IMG/VR virus record: IMGVR_UViG_3300025608_000063
Location: 1 to 31,482 of that record
Reading direction: 5' to 3' (one strand)
Length of the DNA: 31,482 nt
DNA from: a virus
Lineage: Duplodnaviria; Caudoviricetes
Positions within the stretch are counted from its first letter, which is position 1. Each line of letters begins with the position of its first letter. The translations under genes and the position numbers were made by a program. Under the pieces are notes generated by a model. It did not search any database and was not told where the DNA came from. It worked only from the letters and a program-made list of their open reading frames with translations. This document shows positions 24,884 to 31,482 of the stretch, piece by piece.

Positions 24884-26011
24884 ATGGCAGTAAAACCAAG
24901 TTTAGCACTTATTCCAAGTGGTGTAAAAGCAAATAAAGTATATTCAGTATTACCTGCTGATGGTACAGGAGACTTTGATTTCTCAAGAAGTGGAAGTGCT
25001 ACAAGGATAAATAAAGATGGACTAATTGAAACAGTAAGTAGTAATGTATCAAGACTAAACTATCCTATGATAGATGGTGTTGTAAGTGGGTGTCCAAGTT
25101 TATTGTTAGAGCCTGCAAGAACTAATTTAGTACAGTATTCAGAAGATTTTACATCTTGGATAAATTCAAGTTCTTATATAACTTCTGACTATGGTATTTC
25201 TCCTGATGGTTCACAAAATGCAAGTAGATTGTTGTTTACAGGTACAAGTCAAACTTTATCTAAAAATATTGGAACAAATGGCACTTTAAGTTATAGTATT
25301 TATGTAAAAGGTGTTAAGGGAGAAACTATAAATATTTCTATGGCATCAGGTTCTGATGAAAATTTTTTACTTAATGGAGAATGGCAAAGATTAAGTTATT
25401 CAGATACAGTAAGTAATTCTACTATAAATATAAATACTTTTGGTAATAAAACTGCAAGAGATTTGTTAATTTGGGGAGTGCAATTAGAAGTAGGCTCTTA
25501 TCCAACATCATACATACCAACAAACGGAAGTACAGTTACAAGAGATGCTGAAAGTTGTGAGCAAACTCCACCAAGTGGTATAATAGGACAAACAGAGGGT
25601 ACTGTTTATGCAGATGTTAATTTTGTTGGAGTAACCGAAGCAATAACAAATCAAATTTTCTTTGTGCGAGAGCAAGGAAGTAACAATGGATATTTATTTG
25701 CTGGATTTTATCAAGGTAGATTAAATTGTGGTATGAAGGTTGGTGGTTCACTTTTGTTTGATGATTATTTTAGTTCAGCTTTAACTAAAGGAAGATATAA
25801 AATTGCAATTTCTTATAAAAGTGGAGATACAAAAATATATGTTAATGGTATTCAAACTGGTTTTAAAAATAATTCCTTTGGAGTAACTAATTTTGCTCAA
25901 ATTTTCTTAAATGGTTCTGCTGGAACAAATCAATTAGGAGATGTTAATAGAGATTTTAAACTTTACAACACAAGATTAACAGACCAAGAATTAATTGCAT
26001 TAACAAGTTAA
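24884..26011 (+). CDS. Fibre/spike protein with carbohydrate-binding (LamG/ConA-like) domains
   Basis: FSRSGSATRIN, LLLEPARTNL, WGVQLEVGSYPTSYIPT and C-terminal YNTRLTDQEL LamG-like end. Confidence 0.75.
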   Translation: MAVKPSLALIPSGVKANKVYSVLPADGTGDFDFSRSGSATRINKDGLIETVSSNVSRLNYPMIDGVVSGCPSLLLEPARTNLVQYSEDFTSWINSSSYITSDYGISPDGSQNASRLLFTGTSQTLSKNIGTNGTLSYSIYVKGVKGETINISMASGSDENFLLNGEWQRLSYSDTVSNSTININTFGNKTARDLLIWGVQLEVGSYPTSYIPTNGSTVTRDAESCEQTPPSGIIGQTEGTVYADVNFVGVTEAITNQIFFVREQGSNNGYLFAGFYQGRLNCGMKVGGSLLFDDYFSSALTKGRYKIAISYKSGDTKIYVNGIQTGFKNNSFGVTNFAQIFLNGSAGTNQLGDVNRDFKLYNTRLTDQELIALTS

Positions 26012-26138
26012 TTTTCTTTACATAACAAACACAATAAGATAAGATAATTAAAAAAACTATACATATAAACACTAATAGTTATAACCATAAGGGTAACAAT
26101 TACACCTATTAAACTAACAAGAGTAAATAAATTAAATT

Positions 26139-26492
26139 ATGATACGCATAGCGAAATATGAATTTTTAAACAAAGAACAAGCAGAAACTAAAATACAAGG
26201 TTTAGGAGTAGCTGAAGATGAAAACGGTAACGAATACCCAACGCATAAACATACTATTGTTCAATTAGGTAATATTGTGTTAGAACAGGGCGAATACGAT
26301 GAAGAGGGTAACGAAACAGTTGCACCTGTATTATCTGATAAATGGCACGTTGATGTTTTATGGAAAGGTTTAGAAGCAGATGAAGATGGTGTTATTGACC
26401 ACCCTTATGGTTGGAAGTCTTATGCAGTTGATATTGATGGCGATGGAGTACATTCATTTTTAGGGTTAAGTTACAACTCATATAAATTCTAA
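26139..26492 (+). CDS. Hypothetical protein (possible fibre-associated)
   Basis: Acidic 117 aa after the fibre gene; WHVDVLW and HSFLG motifs. Confidence 0.6.
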   Translation: MIRIAKYEFLNKEQAETKIQGLGVAEDENGNEYPTHKHTIVQLGNIVLEQGEYDEEGNETVAPVLSDKWHVDVLWKGLEADEDGVIDHPYGWKSYAVDIDGDGVHSFLGLSYNSYKF

Positions 26493-26494
26493 CA

Positions 26495-26656
26495 ATGGAA
26501 ATGCAGGATATAAAGATAGCGTTGATTAATTTTTTGACTTTTACAATTAGTTTTAGTAATGTAGAGCAATGGCTTAAATTAACGCTATTAGTTGTATCTA
26601 TTATTTATACTATTCAAAAGATTATTGAATTAAAAAATAAAAAAAAAGATGAGTAA
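26495..26656 (+). CDS. Putative small holin/antiholin
   Basis: Hand translated 53 aa, two hydrophobic segments, basic C-terminus, overlaps the endolysin start. Confidence 0.6.
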   Translation: MEMQDIKIALINFLTFTISFSNVEQWLKLTLLVVSIIYTIQKIIELKNKKKDE

Positions 26657-26975
26657 ATATTTTAAAGAGATAGATGATGGTAATATGGATGCTAACTTTT
26701 TACATAAGCTGGATAAAGCAAGAAGTATTGCAGGTTTACCTTTTAAAATAAATTCTGCTTATAGAAGTCCTGAACATCCTTTATCTATTAAAAATCCATC
26801 TTCAAGCCATATTAAAGGTTTAGCGGTAGATATTAAGTGTACTGATAGTAGAACACGTTTTATTATAGTTGATGCTTTAATTAAGGTTGGTTTTAATCGT
26901 ATAGGTATTGCAGATACATTTATACACGTAGATTTAGATTTAGATAAAAGCAATAAAGTAATTTGGACTTATTAG
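26649..26975 (+). CDS. Endolysin, peptidase M15A family
   Basis: SAYRS..H, SSHIKGLAVD and FIHVD zinc peptidase motifs. Confidence 0.9.
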   Translation: MSKYFKEIDDGNMDANFLHKLDKARSIAGLPFKINSAYRSPEHPLSIKNPSSSHIKGLAVDIKCTDSRTRFIIVDALIKVGFNRIGIADTFIHVDLDLDKSNKVIWTY

Positions 26976-27153
26976 TAAAGATTAAGCGATAAACTTATCA
27001 GATATAGACCAATATGTATAGAAAAGTTTAAAAAGTTTTCTTATAGCAAACTAATAGTTTGTAAAGGGATAAAAAAGTAAACAAGGGTACATATTACTCT
27101 TATACGTACTACGAGGGTACATAATACATTAATAGTTATAACTAAACGTGAAT

Positions 27154-27291
27154 ATGGAAATAAACTTAATCTTATTAGTACCAGAAGCTATGTTAATTGG
27201 TTGGCAATATTATCAGCCAGATGAAACTTTTGATTATTCAGAGGTTAATTTATTTTTATTTTTTATACAACTCCAATTTAGGTGGAATTAA
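27154..27291 (+). CDS. 45-aa hydrophobic hypothetical protein
   Basis: Hand translated MEINLILLVPEAMLIGWQYYQPDETFDYSEVNLFLFFIQLQFRWN. Confidence 0.65.
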   Translation: MEINLILLVPEAMLIGWQYYQPDETFDYSEVNLFLFFIQLQFRWN

Positions 27292-27302
27292 AATGGTAGG
27301 TT

Positions 27303-27695
27303 ATGAATAAGATTTTAAATTGGTTTACAGGAGGTGTAATAAAAGAAGTAGGTAAGGTTGTAGATAATCTATTTACTACAGAAGAAGAACGCTTAAAAGC
27401 GAAGAATGAGATAATTAAAGTACTCCAGGAACAGCAATTAGAACTACAGAAACTACAAACAGAAATAATAGTTACAGAAGCTAAAGGTAATTGGTTACAA
27501 AGAAGTTGGAGACCTATCTTAATGTTAGCTTTTGGTTTTATAGTTATTTATGTAAAGTTTGTTGCACCTTTATTTAGTTTACCTATACCACCTTTAGAGA
27601 ATGAATTTTGGAACTTATTAGAGTTAGGTATTGGTGGATATGTTATTGGTAGAAGTGTAGAGAAAGTAGCAAAGAACATTACTATTAATAGATAA
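27303..27695 (+). CDS. 3TM-type holin (GTA holin-like)
   Basis: TEEERLKAK...EAKGNWLQRSWRP...GGYVIGRSVEK signature. Confidence 0.85.
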   Translation: MNKILNWFTGGVIKEVGKVVDNLFTTEEERLKAKNEIIKVLQEQQLELQKLQTEIIVTEAKGNWLQRSWRPILMLAFGFIVIYVKFVAPLFSLPIPPLENEFWNLLELGIGGYVIGRSVEKVAKNITINR

Positions 27696-27860
27696 TTTAA
27701 ATTTTACTTGTTTTTTTAAAAAAAAATATATAACTTTGTATTTTTTATTATTACTACTTATATAAAAATAATTATATAAAGATATTTATAAATATTGTTA
27801 TAAAAACATATATAAAAAAAATAATAAATATATATAAAATAAAAATATAAGAGTTCTGAA
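27696..27860. other. Extremely AT-rich non-coding region, candidate origin/promoter region
   Basis: Repeated TATA(T)AAA units; TAACTTTG box at 27731-27738. Confidence 0.35.
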
Positions 27861-27869
27861 ATATTATCT

Positions 27870-28250
27870 ATGCCTAAAAAACCAAGTAGAAAAACATTAG
27901 TAAAGAAGTTAGATACTATATTTAGTATATATATAAGAAGAAAAAATAGTATAAATGATATTGCACAATGCATCACCTGTGGGAAGCAAGACCATTGGAA
28001 GAAAATGCAGAATGGTCATTTTATGAGTAGGAAACATTATGCTACAAGGTGGGATGAAGATAATGTAGAGGTACAATGTATGGTTTGTAACGTTTATAGA
28101 TATGGAGAACAATATTTATTTGCTAAACATTTAGGAGAAACTAAAGCAGATGCTTTATTAGTTAAAAGTAGACAGATACAAAAGTTTACAGATACTGATT
28201 TAATAGACTTAATAGAATTATACACAAATAAGGTTAATAACTTACCATAA
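27870..28250 (+). CDS. ninG: NinG/Rap-like recombination endonuclease
   Basis: FSIYIR, CITCG, GHFMSR and RWDEDNVEVQCMVCN. Confidence 0.88.
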   Translation: MPKKPSRKTLVKKLDTIFSIYIRRKNSINDIAQCITCGKQDHWKKMQNGHFMSRKHYATRWDEDNVEVQCMVCNVYRYGEQYLFAKHLGETKADALLVKSRQIQKFTDTDLIDLIELYTNKVNNLP

Positions 28251-28329
28251 TTATATATATATAAAAGATTTATAAGTACTATATTTGAATTGTCATTTAA
28301 TTACTATATTTCTCAATATCCTTGTTTTA

Positions 28330-28362
28330 AAAGGGTTTCATTAATTTGGAACTCTTTTTTTT
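28330..28362 (+). terminator. Rho-independent terminator
   Basis: AGGGTTTCA-ttaatt-TGGAACTCT followed by a T run. Confidence 0.75.
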
Positions 28363-28377
28363 GTGCTTATTTAAAAA

Positions 28378-28430
28378 TAATTAACATTTATTGTTGGTAA
28401 TTAAAATATTATTTATATATTTGTACCATA
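28378..28430 (+). promoter_or_regulatory. Bacteroidota housekeeping-type (early) promoter
   Basis: TATATTTG at 28416-28423; same layout as 4162-4214. Confidence 0.7.
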
Positions 28431-28452
28431 GTAATAATTAAAAAACAAGAAT

Positions 28453-28656
28453 ATGAGATTAATTGACAAATTAAAACCCGAGTACAAAGTAGTTTTTGAA
28501 AAGAATAATTTAGAATATTCTTCACTTATAGAAAGAATTATAAATTGTTTTGAGCAGTTAGAATATGTATCAGACATACCATTTGGTATTTGGATGGATA
28601 TAAAATTCTTTACCAACGTATTTAGTCCTTTTGAATTATTTACAGATAATATATAA
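28453..28656 (+). CDS. Hypothetical protein, paralog of 28953..29153
   Basis: MRLIDKLKPEYK...SPFELFTD. Confidence 0.8.
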   Translation: MRLIDKLKPEYKVVFEKNNLEYSSLIERIINCFEQLEYVSDIPFGIWMDIKFFTNVFSPFELFTDNI

Positions 28657-28659
28657 GTT

Positions 28660-28767
28660 ATGAGAGAAAGCGATTGTTGTGGTGCATTACCACTATGGGA
28701 AACAGATATATGTTCAGATTGTGGAGAACACGCTGAATTTTATTATACAGATGAAGATATTATTTAA
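28660..28767 (+). CDS. 35-aa zinc-ribbon protein
   Basis: Hand translated MRESDCCGALPLWETDICSDCGEHAEFYYTDEDII. Confidence 0.7.
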   Translation: MRESDCCGALPLWETDICSDCGEHAEFYYTDEDII

Positions 28768-28777
28768 AACAAAAGAT

Positions 28778-28942
28778 ATGAGTAAAATAAACAATGATGC
28801 TTGGGAAAAATTAAAAAAACAGATTGAGTATCATTTAAAAGAAGACCCTAACTTAACAGACATAGCAATTAACTATCAAGTTAGAATACCAAAAATAGGT
28901 ACAAGAAATTATTTAAAATTAGGAGTAACAATAGATAATTAA
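28778..28942 (+). CDS. 54-aa hypothetical protein
   Basis: ATG at 28778 after an A-rich leader, preferred over GTG at 28679. Confidence 0.7.
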   Translation: MSKINNDAWEKLKKQIEYHLKEDPNLTDIAINYQVRIPKIGTRNYLKLGVTIDN

Positions 28943-28952
28943 AAACAAGAAT

Positions 28953-29153
28953 ATGAAATTAGTAGACAGATTAAAACCAATTTATCGAAGCAAGTTAGGA
29001 ATAGCTAATATAAAATATCCTGTTATTGTTGGAAATATTTTAGATGATTTAGAAAGAGCAGAATTTGTAGGTGATTTAAAATATGATACAGTTATACAAT
29101 TATCAGTTATTTTAGATACACATATTTCTCCTTATAACTTTTTTACAGAATAG
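28953..29153 (+). CDS. Hypothetical protein, paralog of 28453..28656
   Basis: MKLVDRLKPIYR...SPYNFFTE. Confidence 0.8.
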   Translation: MKLVDRLKPIYRSKLGIANIKYPVIVGNILDDLERAEFVGDLKYDTVIQLSVILDTHISPYNFFTE

Positions 29154-29172
29154 ATAATTAAAAACAATAACA

Positions 29173-29310
29173 ATGACACACGCAGAAGATATAAAAAGAA
29201 TTAAAGAAAACGACTACCAAGAATATTTACATTACAGGATAAATGCTTTAGAAAAGAGAGTAGAGTTTTTAGAGGCACAATTAGAGGTATCTAAACAGAT
29301 GATAAAATGA
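29173..29310 (+). CDS. 45-aa coiled-coil protein
   Basis: Hand translated MTHAEDIKRIKENDYQEYLHYRINALEKRVEFLEAQLEVSKQMIK; ATGA overlap with the next gene. Confidence 0.7.
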   Translation: MTHAEDIKRIKENDYQEYLHYRINALEKRVEFLEAQLEVSKQMIK

Positions 29311-29498
29311 ATAAAGCAGAATTAATAAACAAAATTACTTTGTTAGATACATCTATTTATAGAAAAATTGGTTTTTTAAAAAGTGGTGTATATTTACACG
29401 AACCATTAATGTATCGAAAAAAACTTTATGAAGTTTATGAAAAATTAGACATAGAAACTTTAACTAAATTATTAGAATTAAAACAGGTAATAAAATGA
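29307..29498 (+). CDS. Hypothetical protein
   Basis: ORF track, 63 aa. Confidence 0.65.
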   Translation: MNKAELINKITLLDTSIYRKIGFLKSGVYLHEPLMYRKKLYEVYEKLDIETLTKLLELKQVIK

Positions 29499-29621
29499 AA
29501 ATAATATATAAGATACTAAATAAATTAATTAACTTAATTGTTGAAATAATTATTATATTAGTATTTTGTATTATATTTACAACATTAATAACAAGAATAT
29601 TAAATTTAAAAATTAATTAAA

Positions 29622-30008
29622 ATGAACAACAACAAATTAAAAGAACTTTATTTAAAGTACGAATTAGACAAAGAAGATTTCTTTAAACACCAACATTACA
29701 CTATTATTACAAGACAAGGTATTGATAAGATACAGGCTAAAGAACAGATGTACGTTAGTTATGAAGTAATAAGATGCGAACCTAACTTTGCAGTATTTAA
29801 AGCTAAAGCACAAAAAGAGGGTAAGATGATAGAAACATTTGGCTCTGCATTAAAAGGAGAGGGTTACAAAGATGGTAATACTAATTCTTGGTATGTAGCT
29901 GAAATGGCAGAGAAAAGAGCAATGAGTAGAGCAGTTTTAAAATTAACAGGTTTCTACGAGTTAGGAGTATTTGGTGAGGATGAAAGCGAAAGTTTTAAAA
30001 AGAAATAA
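29622..30008 (+). CDS. Putative single-strand annealing protein, allele B
   Basis: Protein identical to 139..528 except GANY/GEGY and the C-terminal end; many synonymous changes. Confidence 0.55.
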   Translation: MNNNKLKELYLKYELDKEDFFKHQHYTIITRQGIDKIQAKEQMYVSYEVIRCEPNFAVFKAKAQKEGKMIETFGSALKGEGYKDGNTNSWYVAEMAEKRAMSRAVLKLTGFYELGVFGEDESESFKKK

Positions 30009-30043
30009 TTAAGTATATTAACCTAAATTAAAATAGAAATATT

Positions 30044-30379
30044 ATGAGTTTACAATTAACAGGAAAAATTAAATTAATCGGAGAAAAACAAACCTTTGAT
30101 AGTGGTTTTCAAAAAGTAGAATTTGTTATTACAACAAACGATAAATACCCACAAGATGTAAAATTTGAAATAGTACAAGATAAAGTAGATGATTTTATAA
30201 AATATAATAAAGTTGGTACTGATGTAGATGTTTCATTTAACGTTAGAGGTAATGAGTATCAAGGTAAATATTATGTAAGTTTATCTGCTTGGAAAGTTTT
30301 TAAATCTGATGCTAATGCACCTGCTACTGATATAGGAGTGCCGACAGAAGAATTAGAAACAACTGATTTACCATTTTAA
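30044..30379 (+). CDS. DUF3127-like OB-fold SSB, allele B
   Basis: F.K.EFVI...YPQ...V.VSFNVRGNEYQGKYY.SL.AWK plus acidic tail ending DLPF. Confidence 0.8.
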   Translation: MSLQLTGKIKLIGEKQTFDSGFQKVEFVITTNDKYPQDVKFEIVQDKVDDFIKYNKVGTDVDVSFNVRGNEYQGKYYVSLSAWKVFKSDANAPATDIGVPTEELETTDLPF

Positions 30380-30386
30380 TAATTAG

Positions 30387-30416
30387 AGGGTAGTGTAAAA
30401 GCTACCCTTTTTTTTT
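30387..30416 (+). terminator. Rho-independent terminator (same as 895..924)
   Basis: AGGGTAG-tgtaaaag-CTACCCT followed by a T run. Confidence 0.85.
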
Positions 30417-30457
30417 ATATATTAGTAAAAATTTAATGACAAAATTAATTACATAAA

Positions 30458-31357
30458 ATGACAGAACAAGAATTACAAGAAAATAACGACCATTTAATGT
30501 TTATGCAATCAATTGAGGAAGATTGTAAAGTAGATATTAATAAAAAAATAGAACACCCACCTGTGGCAATTAGTTTTAAAACAAAACAGGTAGTATTAAA
30601 AAATGGAGAAACAAAAGAATTCCCAATCCCTATCGGAACTTATGGAAATTTTAGTTTTATACAAGCACCACCTAAATCAATGAAAACTTTTTTTTGCAGT
30701 TTATTAGGTAGTGCATATACAAACTCAAATGGTGCATATACTAAAGGTATGTGTTCTTTTAGAGATGGTAAGGAATTTATACATATAGATACCGAACAAG
30801 GTATATGGCACTCTCAAAGAGTATTTAAACGTATTCAATGGATGAATAAAGGTTTTGATTTAGGTTTTTATCACACCTTTGCTTTAAGGCAAATCAATTA
30901 TAATTCAAGGATTGATTTTATAGAATATTATTTAGAGGGTTTAAAAGAAGATGGCAAAGAAGTAGGATTGGTTATTTTAGATGGTGTAGCTGATTTAGTT
31001 AGTGATGCAAATAATTTAGAGGAAAGTTCTGCAGTTGTTCAAAAAATAATGCAATGGACAAGTCTTTATAATTGCCATATAGTTACAGTAATTCATAGTA
31101 ATTTTGGTAGTGATAAGCCAACAGGACATTTAGGAAGTTTTCTTGAGAAAAAAGCAGAAACACAAATACAATTAGAAAAAGACCCAAATAAATTAGGTTG
31201 TATAACAGTTACTTGTAAAAGAAGTAGAAATACACCTTTTGAACAATTCGATTTTAAATTAGATAATTCAGGGTTACCATACATAATAAATGATACAGAT
31301 AACTCTTTAAATTACAATAAAGAATATACTTTTAAAAATAAAGAAATACCTTTTTAA
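30458..31357 (+). CDS. AAA/RecA-like helicase, allele B
   Basis: APPKSMKT, HIDTEQ, ILDG, VIH and GHLGS; divergent homolog of 974..1861. Confidence 0.8.
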   Translation: MTEQELQENNDHLMFMQSIEEDCKVDINKKIEHPPVAISFKTKQVVLKNGETKEFPIPIGTYGNFSFIQAPPKSMKTFFCSLLGSAYTNSNGAYTKGMCSFRDGKEFIHIDTEQGIWHSQRVFKRIQWMNKGFDLGFYHTFALRQINYNSRIDFIEYYLEGLKEDGKEVGLVILDGVADLVSDANNLEESSAVVQKIMQWTSLYNCHIVTVIHSNFGSDKPTGHLGSFLEKKAETQIQLEKDPNKLGCITVTCKRSRNTPFEQFDFKLDNSGLPYIINDTDNSLNYNKEYTFKNKEIPF

Positions 31358-31367
31358 ATAATCAAAC

Positions 31368-31482
31368 AATGTCTAAATTAATTAAAAAAGCAGCAGAGAA
31401 ACACCAAACTTGGATAAATGTAGTAAACTCCTTTGGGTGTCCTAAAAATATATCAGAAGATATAGTACAGGAAATGTATATT
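31368..31482 (+). CDS. ECF sigma factor 5' part (truncated by window end)
   Basis: MSKLIKKAAEKHQTWINVVNSFGCPKNISEDIVQEMYI, same as the start of 1873..2391. Confidence 0.85.

Larger units (their letters stand above)
1..31482 (+). mobile_element. Tailed bacteriophage genome, ~29.5 kb unit plus terminal overlap, probable Bacteroidota host
   Basis: Terminase, portal, capsid, tape measure, lysis and replication genes are all co-oriented; the window ends overlap with an offset of 29483; Bacteroidota-type -7 promoter boxes are present. Confidence 0.95.
29484..31482 (+). repeat. Imperfect terminal direct repeat, right copy
   Basis: Counterpart of 1..1986. Confidence 0.95.

Noticed and set aside
28679-28777. 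GTG-started extension of ORF 28679..28942
   Set aside because: Overlaps the zinc-ribbon ORF 28660..28767; the ATG at 28778 has a typical A-rich leader
139-30008. DGR-type mutagenesis between the two SSAP copies
   Set aside because: Differences are mostly synonymous third-position changes involving all bases, typical of ordinary allelic divergence
2111-31284. All minus-strand ORFs in the track (e.g. 2111..2338, 4843..5043, 5040..5246, 23430..23726, 27758..27976, 31093..31284)
   Set aside because: They are antisense shadows of well-supported + strand genes or low-complexity AT tracts, with no motifs
1-31482. Prophage, or tandem prophages with att sites
   Set aside because: No integrase, repressor or host genes, and no att-like junction where the sequence wraps at 29483/29484
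1-31482. Alternative genetic code
   Set aside because: Standard code gives full-length, densely packed genes, and TAA, TAG and TGA are all used as real stops

Overview
AT-rich tailed dsDNA phage (siphovirus-like, probably with a Bacteroidota/Flavobacteriaceae host, judged from TAnnTTTG promoters and SD-less start regions). All credible genes are on the + strand. The window appears to cover one full genome unit of 29,483 bp plus about 2 kb of overlap: 1..1986 recurs at 29484..31482. The two copies are not identical and carry alternative alleles of the replication module (non-homologous SSBs and divergent AAA/RecA-like helicases) between conserved flanks. Gene order: SSAP-SSB-helicase-ECF sigma; DNA MTase, nucleases and small accessory genes with structured intergenic elements; ParB-MTase plus a minimal MetK; TerS/TerL; frameshifted tail chaperone, tail genes and tape measure; protease, scaffold, capsid, tail tube, portal and adaptor; fibre; lysis genes; NinG; small early genes. 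Most notable observations: the SSB/helicase allele swap, a T4 gene-32-like pseudoknot ahead of only one SSB allele, a fixed-spacing late promoter (CAAA-N14-ACTATATA-N5-ATG) suggesting leaderless mRNAs, attC-like/ncRNA elements around mini-genes at 4.75-5.64 kb, and an anti-restriction kit (two MTases, MetK, apparent GATC/CATG avoidance). I recognised no integrase, DNA polymerase, tRNA or CRISPR. All functional calls come from motif recognition by eye, not database searches.
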